From a virus, in the IMG/VR virus record IMGVR_UViG_3300047160_007578, positions 32,001-96,000 of that record: a stretch of DNA of 64,000 nucleotides, one strand, 5' to 3'. This document shows, piece after piece, positions 29,805 to 39,959 of the stretch (the stretch's first letter is position 1; each line of letters begins with the position of its first letter). The notes beneath the pieces are model-generated. The model was given only the letters and a program-made list of their open reading frames with translations. It was not told where the DNA came from and made no database searches. A program made the position numbers and the translations under genes.

Positions 29805-30242
29805 TCAGTACGGGCGTTTCATCTTGATCCCGAGCTTTTCTCGTATCGCTACGATACTCAGTTCTTGTTTCTGTTCCTCAGTCAGCGTCAGGTACTTGGG
29901 CGCGCACTCGTCGCAGATCGCGTTGTTGAATCCTTTCGACTTCGGCTCCGTCAGGATCACACCCTTGCAGAGCACGCACTCTGTCCAGTGGATGTTCGCG
30001 ATGCCGGGTTCCTTTTCCCAGCCATCGGAAATACTGCCTGTCCGACGGAAGTGTTGTACTGCGAGACGCCGATAATGCTCCAGCAGCACCTTCCGCGACA
30101 TTCGCTTCGGCGACACTGGAAAACGATACACTGTAGAGCGGTGATCCTTTTCCACGCCGAAAGCGAGTTTCACGGCCGCATGTTCGGTCGGTGCTTGCTC
30201 GCATCGTATCGCGTTGCCATAAGCTACTGCGAAGTAGGCCAT
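29805..30242 (-). CDS. hypothetical protein with C-terminal Zn finger
   Basis: CVLC..CDEC. Confidence 0.6.
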   Translation of the reverse strand: MAYFAVAYGNAIRCEQAPTEHAAVKLAFGVEKDHRSTVYRFPVSPKRMSRKVLLEHYRRLAVQHFRRTGSISDGWEKEPGIANIHWTECVLCKGVILTEPKSKGFNNAICDECAPKYLTLTEEQKQELSIVAIREKLGIKMKRPY

Positions 30243-30463
30243 TTTAACCCTCGATTGAGAATTTTCCGCTCAGAGCCTTGTTCAGACCCTCTTGCGGAGT
30301 AAGGATACCGTGGACGACTTGCTTGTAAAGCTTTTCGTCCCCGAACTTCTTCACCCACTTGATCGTTGTGCGGCACGTCTCGCAGCAGTGAGCACCAGGC
30401 TCTTCGCAAACCGCACGATTGCAACCGTAGCACAGTTCCATGAATCGTCCTTTCGATTAAAAA

Positions 30464-30667
30464 TCAGTTTCCCAGGCACGCGAGAACCAGGTCCATCGGA
30501 CTGCCAGCCGGCCAGATGATCCGGTTATTAGCCGGAATCCTGACGGCGGGGTAGCTCTTGCCTTCGTAGCAGTAGCTAACCGACTTGTTACCGTTGGCGT
30601 CCTCACAGGGCACCACGGTCGTGCAGCCGCGATTTTCCAACCACAGCTTCATCGTAATGTAGTCCAC
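30464..30667 (-). CDS. hypothetical protein, first gene after promoter cassette 2
   Basis: GAAAGGTGGTGA RBS plus GTG. Confidence 0.6.
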   Translation of the reverse strand: MDYITMKLWLENRGCTTVVPCEDANGNKSVSYCYEGKSYPAVRIPANNRIIWPAGSPMDLVLACLGN

Positions 30668-30746
30668 GAATCACCACCTTTCATTGTTTGATCATTAATC
30701 ATTTCCGAGTCACGATACTCAAATCTGATCAATAATCGCAGGCCAA

Positions 30747-30859
30747 ATTAATCAAATCTTTCCGGCGGACCGCGCGCAGCGCTCCGCTATTAAAGTATAC
30801 CATATTATTTTGCCTATGTCAAGAGGAATTTTTTGACCTATCGAAAAGATTTGATTAAT
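30747..30859 (-). promoter_or_regulatory. promoter cassette 2 with terminal inverted repeats
   Basis: TTGACA(30817-22)-17 bp-TATACT; same arms and GC-rich CGCAGCGCTCCGCTA block as cassette 1. Confidence 0.9.
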
Positions 30860-30874
30860 CTCGCTCTCTCCTTA

Positions 30875-31084
30875 TGGTTCTCACAAAACCATTGGCTGAT
30901 TAATAATCGCGAGTCGCTTGGTTCACACTCGTATAATGGATACGCTACGAGTTTGGTTCTCACGCTGTCCAAGGATACACCTTCGGTCTGGTTCTCACCG
31001 ATCAGATGGTTGCACCGCCCAATGGTTCTCACCATCTTTTTGGCTACACCTTCCAGTTGGTTCTCACAGCCACGACGGTTAAGC
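30875..31084 (-). ncRNA. orphan TIGR-like array (~6 units)
   Basis: TGGTTCWCAC x6 alternating with (T/A)GG(A/T/C)TACRC-type repeats, 7-8-nt spacers. Confidence 0.82.
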
Positions 31085-31329
31085 CAAGTCACTGCAATGT
31101 GGACAAAGTGATCGCGGAGTCGCGTTGTCCGGATTAGAGCAGTTCGGGTGATGAAAAGAAGTCCAGTATTTGACCGTGTGATCTTCACCTTTCTGCCGAA
31201 TCAATTCTTGCGCGTAGTGATTGGCACCGGCCGCACTTTTCATCTGAGCGACGATTCGGCCGTTTTTATGCAGTACCTTCCACGGACGAGCGGGATCAAT
31301 CAGCATTATTGGTCCTTTCACGTACTCAT

Positions 31330-31394
31330 TGGTTCGCACCAGGACATTGGATACAAGAGCTATGGTTCTCACCATCCACCTGATTAATAATCAC
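31330..31394 (-). ncRNA. short TIGR-like array (2 units)
   Basis: TGGTTCGCAC-N8-TGGATAC..-TGGTTCTCAC-N8-TGATTAATAATCAC. Confidence 0.6.
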
Positions 31395-31404
31395 ACTCGT
31401 TGGA

Positions 31405-31872
31405 CTAAGCATGTGGTTTGATGGGCGAAGCCATCTTTTCGTAGACCTTCGGCATTCCGAGGTTGGCGTGTTCGTCCTTGTGAACGAGACTGACCACCTT
31501 GAAGTGCGCCAGCTTGTTGAGTTCGTGGTTGTCGAACATGTGGTCGTAGGTCGGGTTCATGATCGTGGCCATCATCCGCTTGCATTTTTGGCCGGGCTTG
31601 GCCGGATGCGGACCACCACTATCGCGAAAGGCGCTCGCGATACAGTGATGGATCGGATTGGTTGTGCAAAATGCGATTTCGCACAACAACCAATCGTGCC
31701 ATTGGAATTCGATTCCTTCCGACACATACATATGCGGCAGGCCAGATTCCTTGTAGACTTTGATGACCTCGAAAACTGAGATACTCACCAGACCCTCCTT
31801 TCGATTAAAGATCACACGACCTTTTTTGGTTCCCGCTGGATCAATGGTTACACCGTGGACCTTGGTTCTCAC
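31405..31872 (-). CDS. hypothetical protein (true start probably near 31.79 kb)
   Basis: 5' end of the ORF overlaps repeats; AGGAGG RBS at ~31795. Confidence 0.55.
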   Translation of the reverse strand: MRTKVHGVTIDPAGTKKGRVIFNRKEGLVSISVFEVIKVYKESGLPHMYVSEGIEFQWHDWLLCEIAFCTTNPIHHCIASAFRDSGGPHPAKPGQKCKRMMATIMNPTYDHMFDNHELNKLAHFKVVSLVHKDEHANLGMPKVYEKMASPIKPHA

Positions 31873-31889
31873 TTGCCACAGGGTTACTC
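31802..31889 (-). ncRNA. short TIGR-like array (2 units)
   Basis: TGGTTCCCGC-N8-TGGTTACAC-N9-TGGTTCTCAC-N8-GGGTTACTC. Confidence 0.65.
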
Positions 31890-31901
31890 TGATTCGTAGC
31901 C

Positions 31902-32342
31902 CTAGTATTTGCGCAACGGAGTGTTGGGAAGGGACAAGTCTCTGCGGTAGATCGGCTTGATGCCGCAGCCATGCGCAGACCAGTGAACGGTCCAGGGAAT
32001 TTGTTCGTTATTATTTATGGTATAGATTTCGATTCCTTCCTCTGGAATCTCCAGTGAAGCGAGCTTGAGTTCCCAAAACCACGCGTAGTCCCGCTTGAGC
32101 ATTTCCAGAGGAAAATCATGTTTTTGATCGAGATTGAGTACGCGGGCGACGTGAACATATTGAGCCTTCGGGCACAAAACCAGTTCGGCAACTGCTGCTT
32201 CGATCATGGTCGTTGGTTCGCCTGGAACCGCCCGGATCATGACACGATCATTCGGTGCGCCTGGAGTCTCTGTCGATGCGAATGGGAAGCTGATTATTTC
32301 CACGATCCGGCCCTGAAGCGTGGCTTGGTCGTATGGTTTCAC
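31902..32342 (-). CDS. hypothetical protein
   Basis: 146-aa ORF with RBS. Confidence 0.6.
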   Translation of the reverse strand: MKPYDQATLQGRIVEIISFPFASTETPGAPNDRVMIRAVPGEPTTMIEAAVAELVLCPKAQYVHVARVLNLDQKHDFPLEMLKRDYAWFWELKLASLEIPEEGIEIYTINNNEQIPWTVHWSAHGCGIKPIYRRDLSLPNTPLRKY

Positions 32343-32378
32343 GATTATTAATCCTTTCGGACGAATTGTCCTTTTGGT

Positions 32379-32690
32379 TCACGCGTCCGCAAACGCGCAT
32401 TCATTGGTGCAGTAAACGGCGACAGAACTGACAAAAAGTGGCTTGTTGCATTCTTCGTAGGCGCACCGCCGTCCCTTCGGATGGAGCTTGCCTTCGAGCC
32501 ATCCACGACCGTGACACGTCTCACAGTCTTTGGGTTGACTTGTCATAACACCTTCACCGAAACCAGTTCCACCGCAGTCATCACACTGCGAGCAATCTTC
32601 AGGATAGTGCGGGTCACGAGGAATCCTCAAGCCGAAGTGTACACCTTGGCGAGGTTCTTCCTGTTTCGTGTGTTTGTGATGTTTTCGCAC
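32379..32690 (-). CDS. protein with DnaJ-type CxxCxGxG finger and treble-clef finger
   Basis: CDDCGGTG, CETCHGRG, C..EC...YCTNEC. Confidence 0.65.
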   Translation of the reverse strand: MRKHHKHTKQEEPRQGVHFGLRIPRDPHYPEDCSQCDDCGGTGFGEGVMTSQPKDCETCHGRGWLEGKLHPKGRRCAYEECNKPLFVSSVAVYCTNECAFADA

Positions 32691-33198
32691 GGTTGTCCTT
32701 TCGGAACTTATTGCGATATCTGATTTCTTTTGCTACGCGGTACCAATCAAGGTTCTCTGGATAAGCCGGGCACTTGCTCCAGAGAACCTGTAATTGATCA
32801 TCCGACATAGCCTGGAGTTCAGGATCAGTCGGTAGGGACATTATTCAGAAATCTCCACAGAGTCCACATCCTCCATTGCGTCTTTGCGAGTCCTATAGAA
32901 CATCGGGTCGCATCGACTTTTTTCGGCGGCAACCTTGACGCCCTTGCAAAACGCTACCAGTTCGGCCCTGGTTTCAAACCGATGGCAGGAAGGTTCCATG
33001 ACGCCTTCCCAACCGATCCAGATTTCCAGCATGATTTTTAATCCTCCCGATTAGCAGCCACGAAGGAGTCGTACATTTCTTCGCCGTGGAACTTCCTGGC
33101 TGTTTCACGGAGAACCTGATCCCACCCTGGGCGCTGTAGGCTAAGGATAGCCAAAGCAAGCAAGACCAGTTGACGTTGTTCTTCGTCAATGGGTTCCA

Positions 33199-33537
33199 TT
33201 AGGACATGAACCTCTTGTCCCCGGCCATGATCCGGTCCACGGCTTCCCAGGTGAACTCCACCGGTGGAACGTATGAATTCAGCGGGGCGACCAGAGCGAA
33301 TTTGAGCTGACGCCCGATGATTTTGGACGGAAATTCCTGGTCCAGAATCACGAGTGTGCAATTTTCGCCGGTCCAGCGATCGGCGATTCGTTGAATTTCG
33401 GGTGGATGAGTCTCCACGACGGTTCTCCTGTTGATAACGGTTTTCGCCATGATCGAAATTCCTTTCGAGCCGAGGCATCCTCGGTTCCTAAAACAGGTCC
33501 TTGATGCCTTGAATGTCGGTTTCGGACAAGCTACCAA
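33199..33537 (-). CDS. hypothetical protein
   Basis: tiles operon; start probably internal (MAKT). Confidence 0.55.
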   Translation of the reverse strand: MVACPKPTFKASRTCFRNRGCLGSKGISIMAKTVINRRTVVETHPPEIQRIADRWTGENCTLVILDQEFPSKIIGRQLKFALVAPLNSYVPPVEFTWEAVDRIMAGDKRFMS

Positions 33538-33925
33538 AGCCTGCCCGCAGAGCCGAGTAAAAATCGAGAATGAGGGTTTTCTCCGACTCGCGCCATGCGT
33601 ATCGAACAGCCGATTCGCGGTACGGGCCGGCGTTGACGATGATCTTGAGGGACTTGAACGTACCTCCTTCCTGTTGTTTCTTGTCGATCAGTTCTCTGAC
33701 GAATCGCTCGAAGTATCCGTCGTAGTCTTGAGCGACAACGACTTGAGGTCCCGGTATCGAGAATCCCATGATTAAAAATCTTTCTACCCCGTCGGGGCTG
33801 TTAATTGTAACCATCATTGAGAAGGACGAATTCGCCGGTGTGTAGATCAACCACACCCCACGGAATCGTTGTCGCGCCCCACACTTGACATAGCGCCCAG
33901 TTTGCTGCCTTGAAAGCGGTTTCAA
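33488..33925 (-). CDS. hypothetical protein
   Basis: tiles operon. Confidence 0.5.
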   Translation of the reverse strand: MKPLSRQQTGRYVKCGARQRFRGVWLIYTPANSSFSMMVTINSPDGVERFLIMGFSIPGPQVVVAQDYDGYFERFVRELIDKKQQEGGTFKSLKIIVNAGPYRESAVRYAWRESEKTLILDFYSALRAGFGSLSETDIQGIKDLF

Positions 33926-34639
33926 ACCGGTGGGGCAGAAGCTCGTTAATATCCCCTCGTAGGATCACGAACATCAGAGCATCCTTTCTTGATTTACGGG
34001 AAGGTTCTCCGAGAGACTCCGAAAGCGATATCCCCGCCAGATCGCTTGGAAGTGAACTTGATGGTGACGCTTGTAGCGGCATCTTCGTCGTTAAAAATTT
34101 CGACACCGCAGATATCGTCAGGGCTAACGACGAGACGCTTATCGTCGCCCAACATTGTGACCATGAGCATCGGGAAGGGTGTTCCAGCGAACTCAACCCC
34201 ATCGATACGAGCACGCTGATCATTGGGGCGACCAGTAGCTCGGGGCGTGACCCATACCACCACACCAACCGGAGGAATCTCCAGTTTTGATTTTTGATCA
34301 CGTGACACCATTTTCCTTCCTCCTGTTCCGCCAGTACATCCGCGCGAGCGGCTTGCTGGCCCAGCCTGGGTGATGTGGCGCGTTATGTGCTGATACGCAT
34401 TGACGAAGCGTACCGTCATAACCCAGGATACACATGAAATGTCCACGACGCCAGATTCGACCCCCGGCAACGTGAGCCGTTGTGAGCGACCACCCGTGCC
34501 GTATTAGTCTGCCGAGATTTTTCATTCTTCTCTCCTTGACTTCGGCGTTCCTGGCCAAGATGGCGCATTCACACCGATATCGTTTGCACTTGAAACAGAG
34601 CGTTAACATTGAGTGGGTCATCGGTTCCCTCCGTAGTTT

Positions 34640-35179
34640 TCACGGACCAACCGGAGCAGGATTCTCCGGTGTCCCAGGCGCGCTTCCGTACAGCCACTTG
34701 CCGGTACGTGCGTGTACTTTGGCTTCGAGAGATCGCATCCTGGCCAAAGCGACCGCTTCTTCCAGGTGCGGATTCGCTTCCTCGCAGCAGAGACAGTACC
34801 GAACTGCCTCGCTTTCGGTGAAGCCAGTACGCTCACAGCGCAGGATTTCATCGTCGATGGACTTCGCGTACACACCATCCAGAGGCGTATCCGGCATGTC
34901 ACGTCCCGCGATCGCGCGATCAACGCGCCCGCGAACGTTGTCCAGGTACGTTCCTTCCACCGGATTCTTCGAGTCCACCAGCTTGCCGAACACCGTGAGC
35001 ACGTTTGACCCACGTTCGCGGATATAGCGAGTGCCCACCTGCTGGATTTCCGGCGACGGATAGAAGCTGCGGCGTTGGAAAGCCTTAGCCGCATCTTCAA
35101 TCGTATCGGTCTCGCACACCGAAATCACGATCGCAAGATCGTTTTTCGAGTGGAGCACGTCAACGAGTTCAAAGATCAC
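34640..35179 (-). CDS. hypothetical protein
   Basis: AGGTAGGTG RBS. Confidence 0.65.
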   Translation of the reverse strand: MIFELVDVLHSKNDLAIVISVCETDTIEDAAKAFQRRSFYPSPEIQQVGTRYIRERGSNVLTVFGKLVDSKNPVEGTYLDNVRGRVDRAIAGRDMPDTPLDGVYAKSIDDEILRCERTGFTESEAVRYCLCCEEANPHLEEAVALARMRSLEAKVHARTGKWLYGSAPGTPENPAPVGP

Positions 35180-35415
35180 ATTTCACCTACCTTTCTGGCC
35201 CAGAGCCATTGGGATTATTGATCATTCCGGTTCGAGCGAACCGCCGAACCAGCCGAGCACTTCTTCGACGTTCGCTTCGGATGAACAGTTCCGAATTGCG
35301 TCAAGCAATTTCTGCTTGCGCTCTTCCCAGGTGACGACAGGGTCGCCGCCGATCACAGACAGAGCTTCGGCGGCAGTTTCGTACTGATCCATTTTTCTCC
35401 CTTTCACTAACTACT

Positions 35416-35511
35416 TGGTTCCCACTCCTTGGATGGTTACGCTTCTTCGTTTGGTTCCCACTGGCTGGTTGGTTACACCATGGTCTTGGTTCTCTCGGCT
35501 CGATCGGTTTA
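35416..35511 (-). ncRNA. orphan TIGR-like array (3 units)
   Basis: TGGTTCCCAC-N8-TGGTTACGC-N9-TGGTTCCCAC-N8-TGGTTACAC-N8-TGGTTCTCTC. Confidence 0.78.
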
Positions 35512-35865
35512 AGTGTGAAGAGCCGCTTCGATTTCCACCAGGCGATTCTCAGGGAAGCCACAGAGTATCGCGAATGGACGCAGATCGCTGGTGTCCATGC
35601 TCGGATACTTCTTGCCTTCGCTCCTGGAGAACTCGAACCGTTCGCGAAGATTTTTGATCAGCCGAGCCAACTTTGGCTCGACTTCGACTTCCTTGCCGGT
35701 GTCCTCATCCGTCATGACGAAGACGCCTTGATTGTCCGCTGTGACGAAAGCGCAATCTTGTTCGTCAGCCGGTTGCATCCAGATTTGGAAGTAGACCGAC
35801 GTAACATGATCGTAACCGGCGGCGAAGCGGTACTTCTCGCCGTCGAATTCCACCCGAGTGCCCAT
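35509..35865 (-). CDS. hypothetical protein
   Basis: GAAAGGAAGTGA RBS. Confidence 0.65.
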   Translation of the reverse strand: MGTRVEFDGEKYRFAAGYDHVTSVYFQIWMQPADEQDCAFVTADNQGVFVMTDEDTGKEVEVEPKLARLIKNLRERFEFSRSEGKKYPSMDTSDLRPFAILCGFPENRLVEIEAALHT

Positions 35866-36072
35866 GAATCACTTCCTTTCGCCGATTGAGTTGATGGCGT
35901 CATCGAACGCCTTATTGTACTCCCGATTTTCCCGCTGTTGGACCGTTCCTTTGTAGCTCTGAAACAGGCACACTCCGGCGGTCACAAAGACCATGCCGAG
36001 AACGATGCAGACAGCACAAAACAGGTCTCTCACGAATCACCACCTTTCATTGTTAGGATCAATCCAACTTTC

Positions 36073-36134
36073 TGATTATTGATCACGCAACCACAATGGT
36101 TCTCACGCTCGGGGTGGTTATTTGATCATTAATC
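36073..36134 (-). ncRNA. single TIGR-like unit just downstream of promoter cassette 3
   Basis: TGGTTCTCAC-GCTCGGGG-TGGTTA flanked by palindrome-containing repeats. Confidence 0.45.
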
Positions 36135-36143
36135 ATTGGCCAG

Positions 36144-36256
36144 ATTAATCAAATCTTTCCGACGCGCGGCGCGCATCGCTCCGCTACTATAGCTTACCAT
36201 ATTATTTTGCCTATGTCAAGAGGAATTTTTCAGATTGTTGGAAAGATTTGATTAAT
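36144..36256 (-). promoter_or_regulatory. promoter cassette 3 with perfect 17-bp terminal inverted repeats
   Basis: TTGACA(36214-19)-17 bp-TAAGCT; ATTAATCAAATCTTTCC...GGAAAGATTTGATTAAT. Confidence 0.88.
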
Positions 36257-36301
36257 CTCGCCTTTTGTCCACAAAAAGCTACCTTGCTTTTCGATTATTA
36301 A

Positions 36302-36889
36302 TCAATCTCTTCCAAGCTTCTTAAATTGAGCACTAATCGAAGCCAATTGGAAACTGAGATAAGTGACAGGAGCATCAGCATGGCTGTGTAATAAATTCCA
36401 GAGTCGCGGAAAAGTGATCGCAGCACCACCTTCACTAATGAATTCCTTAACATTGTCGTCCGAATCATCGACAAGAATCTTGTTTGGCCCAGCACAGAAA
36501 TGTTTCGCGGGACCGATAAGGAACTGTGGAGCGAGTAACGGATAGTGTTTCTGCAACCAGTCAATTTTACCGGCGACAGATTCACCGACGCGATCCATCG
36601 GGAAATCGCCTTTGGATGTTGGCAGTGACGTACAGATACAGATTTCTTTCGGATCAAAGTAGGCGAGTATCATTTTCACAATATCATCAGCCCAGGGCGT
36701 CTTGTGAGCGTTCGCCCAAAAAGCATAATTGCATGGCTTCCACCACGGTTCAGGGATTTCGAGTCCCACCGAGAATCGCCATTCGCCTTTGACTTTCCAT
36801 TCGTTCGGGACACCAAAGGCTTCCGCGATTCCACGGTGGATATCAGCCAACACGCCGTCTAAATCAAGACAGCATTTGAGCTTAGGCAT
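36302..36889 (-). CDS. HAD-family 5'(3')-deoxyribonucleotidase
   Basis: LDLDGVLAD, ICTS, K..WL, ILVDD. Confidence 0.85.
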   Translation of the reverse strand: MPKLKCCLDLDGVLADIHRGIAEAFGVPNEWKVKGEWRFSVGLEIPEPWWKPCNYAFWANAHKTPWADDIVKMILAYFDPKEICICTSLPTSKGDFPMDRVGESVAGKIDWLQKHYPLLAPQFLIGPAKHFCAGPNKILVDDSDDNVKEFISEGGAAITFPRLWNLLHSHADAPVTYLSFQLASISAQFKKLGRD

Positions 36890-37005
36890 CTTTCCTCCTG
36901 ATCATTAATCATTCTTTCGGTTGATAATCCAATAAGCAAACGCGAATGCAGCCCCGACAATAAGAAATATAATTAAAACAATATCAAAGGGCTCGAATAT
37001 TTCTT

Positions 37006-37536
37006 TCATAATTCCTCACTAGAGAAAAGTAATTGCCTGAGTAATTCTATTTGTTGATGTATCCTGCCGTGCTGCTCGTGCGTGAATCTGTTACAATCTC
37101 CCGATAGCTCGTACACACGATTGATAAACTCCGGACTATCGCCGAAAGTATCATACGCCGCGAAGATCGAAGCACAGTATTGTTCGATATCCATTTCTTC
37201 CGGAACATAGTCTGTGGCATAGACTATCACTTTTACCGCGTCGATACCAGCTTCCTCTAGGAAATGCCTTTTATTTTCTTCGACGTTTTGAACATTAATC
37301 ACCATATTGTATCGCCTGACCAAAGCCTCTGCTATTTCTCTTTCGGTGATTTTCAACTGAACACCATAGATTGTATTACCATTATTTTCCCCTTCTACTT
37401 TCCTGGTATCTTTCAACTGCTCTTTGTGCTTATTTAAGAAATCCTGTAATTCAGCTTCGGAATGTGTTTCGATATTAAAAACAGCATAAGAGCAATGGTA
37501 AGCCGATTGCTCGTAATCACCCGTTACCCTTAGCAT
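37006..37536 (-). CDS. hypothetical protein
   Basis: 176-aa ORF. Confidence 0.65.
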   Translation of the reverse strand: MLRVTGDYEQSAYHCSYAVFNIETHSEAELQDFLNKHKEQLKDTRKVEGENNGNTIYGVQLKITEREIAEALVRRYNMVINVQNVEENKRHFLEEAGIDAVKVIVYATDYVPEEMDIEQYCASIFAAYDTFGDSPEFINRVYELSGDCNRFTHEQHGRIHQQIELLRQLLFSSEEL

Positions 37537-37789
37537 ATCGTTTCCTTTCCTTTCCTCTTTTCTCGTTTACGCCTTTCATATGCAGCCACAAAAAGAGTGC
37601 GTGTATCCACTGAGACGTATTCGCCATATCGCGCCAGATATCATCGACTTCTTTCGATTCAGTATCAGTTAACACATCTAGGGCACAATCGTACCATTTG
37701 ATATTAGTGCCTTCCCCTTTATTCATCTTCGCTTGTGCCGCCTCTTGGCAAAGCTGCCGAATGACTTCTTTTTGTCGCGTCATACCCAT
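37517..37789 (-). CDS. hypothetical protein
   Basis: GGAGG RBS. Confidence 0.6.
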   Translation of the reverse strand: MGMTRQKEVIRQLCQEAAQAKMNKGEGTNIKWYDCALDVLTDTESKEVDDIWRDMANTSQWIHALFLWLHMKGVNEKRGKERKRYAKGNG

Positions 37790-37864
37790 CTTCCTCCAGG
37801 GTTTAGATACTATAGCATAGTATACTATAGTATCCGAAAATTGAAAAAGATTAATAATCCTGAA

Positions 37865-38923
37865 TTAAAATTTCCGCTGAACAGGTCGGGTCATATTGAG
37901 GAACGTATCAGCATCCTTCTGAGTGTCGAAGGCCATCTGCAATTGATTCGTTAACAGACCGCAACGCATATCAGATTCCTCTTTCGACAGGTCACGAAAG
38001 AAATGGTCGCTGTGAGCGGCTTCCCAAATCCCCTGCGCAAACGTGAACGTCTCATGCTGGAAGTCGGCACCGACTCGCATCCGATGTTCCGCGATCCGAA
38101 TATCCGGAAACTCTGACCCGTTGGGCGCGCAGCAGATTTGATCGATGGCCGCGATAAAATCCTCTCCCACGGAACAGCCGAGCAACCACGCGTACACGGA
38201 CAGCTGCGTTGCCCAATCAATGTTGGTCTGTTCCAGAAAACCAGCGCCGTTGATTAATGTTCCGTTGTGCATGAGCAGCCGGCAGTCATCGTGTTTTCCA
38301 GCTTTCTTCCGGTCGCGCCTGAGACGCACATAGCCCGGCATCGGCGAGACGGGTGTGCGTGAGAGATAGCCGTTGACCTTGAAATCGAGAATGACGTGCG
38401 AGCCGAACTTGTTGATGTAGAACACGTCAGGTTTGCCCAGGAAAGTTACACCGCCCCGGACCATCGTTTTCGCTTCGCGCTCGGTTCCCGTTTCGCCCGG
38501 TCGGCCCGGATCACCTTGCTTCGCTCGGTCGCTGTGAACCGCGCCCATGACTTCGATTTCAAACTGTGGAATATTAATCGCTTGATTGAGTTCGAGCATC
38601 AGATCAGCCAGCGCTCCGGATTTCTCGTAGATATCGAAAAGGTACATGCCGTGCAGTCGCGCCCAGTCACGCCATTCCTGGGAAACTTGAGCCTCGAAGA
38701 TATTGTCGAAAGCATACTTCGGGTCGTGGCCCTTGCCGAAGAGTTTCTCGTGAACGTAGTTCTTGACGTATGCATCGAACGAACTTCCGATTGCCATTGG
38801 TTGCGTCTGCGGTTCGCGAACCCTATCGATTGGTGCCAAATAGTCCAGGTAGAATTGTTCCGGATTCTTTCGGTACGTACTGATTCCGGTCGGACTCAGA
38901 TAACGCAGGGTCTTGTTCTTCAA
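37865..38923 (-). CDS. PD-(D/E)XK (RecB-like) exonuclease
   Basis: YLSPT start, GKPD, ILDFK, QLSVY. Confidence 0.82.
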   Translation of the reverse strand: MKNKTLRYLSPTGISTYRKNPEQFYLDYLAPIDRVREPQTQPMAIGSSFDAYVKNYVHEKLFGKGHDPKYAFDNIFEAQVSQEWRDWARLHGMYLFDIYEKSGALADLMLELNQAINIPQFEIEVMGAVHSDRAKQGDPGRPGETGTEREAKTMVRGGVTFLGKPDVFYINKFGSHVILDFKVNGYLSRTPVSPMPGYVRLRRDRKKAGKHDDCRLLMHNGTLINGAGFLEQTNIDWATQLSVYAWLLGCSVGEDFIAAIDQICCAPNGSEFPDIRIAEHRMRVGADFQHETFTFAQGIWEAAHSDHFFRDLSKEESDMRCGLLTNQLQMAFDTQKDADTFLNMTRPVQRKF

Positions 38924-39141
38924 GGCTGGCTCCGTTCATCAACGAACTTTGTAAGGGCTTTTCCCATTTTACTATCAGTTGTTTTAGTTGGATCGATATT
39001 AGCGTTGGCGTATTCTACCCATTCTTTCCAAAGCTGTGGATTTTTGTCGCATATTAACATCGCATGTCCAGCCCACTGCCATCCCAGCAGGCTCAGTTCT
39101 TCTTCAGTCCAGTTTGGCACATACCCTCCAATGATTATTGA

Positions 39142-39939
39142 TCACGGTTGCAATTTCATTCCACTTACTTCGGTGAGCCCATCGACTTCTTCGACCTTCG
39201 CGTCGCAGAAGATTGATGGGAATTTGTTCACGCAGATATTGTAGACCTGACTGTAAACGTATCGAATCTCCCACTCCGAATGTCGCGACGTTCGCATCTG
39301 CATCGTGTGACGGAGCGAACGGAGATTGAGAGAAAAGCCGATTTCATTGCTCTGGCCATTCGGCAGGAATCGACGCAGAGCAGAGGTTATCTTTTTCTTT
39401 TTATTGAAGTCGAGACTCTTATCATTGAGGCCCATCTTGGCGACCATCTTCCGATAATATTCTTCGATGATTCGTAGGAGTTCCTCTCCCTCTTCCCGGA
39501 CAGGTTCGAGAATTGGATCAAAAATCAAATCAATGGTCTCGCCCCGGACGTAGCGGCCGCTGGTCTGAGAGAACGCCGTGCCGACGCGATGCCTGACGAG
39601 TTCGTGCGTAAAGACGCGTGAACAGTTCCGGACAACGAAGTTCAGTTGAGTATGCTCGAAAACCGAACCGTGACCGGAATCAAAGCAACTCTTAAGATTG
39701 GCTGGAATATCTCGGATTTTGGTAACATTGTCATTTTTGCCGAGTGTCAGGCTAGCGTAGCACAGCTTCGCATAGAAGCTGCACAACACTTCACCTGGGT
39801 GTAAGCCCTGCTCGATTGCGGATTCAACCGAGCCTATGAAGTTCATGTTACCGGAATCTTTCAGGTACTCACGAAACGCTTGCCATTCGATTCCGGTGTA
39901 GCCGATGAGATATACCTGCGGTTTGACGAACTGACCCAT
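39142..39939 (-). CDS. thyX: flavin-dependent thymidylate synthase
   Basis: GHGSVFEH, SRVFTHELVRHR..FSQTSGRYV, NLRSLRH, WEIR. Confidence 0.95.
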   Translation of the reverse strand: MGQFVKPQVYLIGYTGIEWQAFREYLKDSGNMNFIGSVESAIEQGLHPGEVLCSFYAKLCYASLTLGKNDNVTKIRDIPANLKSCFDSGHGSVFEHTQLNFVVRNCSRVFTHELVRHRVGTAFSQTSGRYVRGETIDLIFDPILEPVREEGEELLRIIEEYYRKMVAKMGLNDKSLDFNKKKKITSALRRFLPNGQSNEIGFSLNLRSLRHTMQMRTSRHSEWEIRYVYSQVYNICVNKFPSIFCDAKVEEVDGLTEVSGMKLQP

Positions 39940-39959
39940 GATAACCTTCCCTTGTTTGA

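Noticed and set aside
30929-30953. Complementarity between paired spacers (TCGTA/TACGA)
   Set aside because: Not repeated in the neighbouring units checked; compatible with chance.
38396-39244. Long + strand ORFs (also 24714-25400, 53908-54789, 62615-63253, 62998-63780)
   Set aside because: Antisense shadows of well-supported minus-strand genes, with no motifs of their own.
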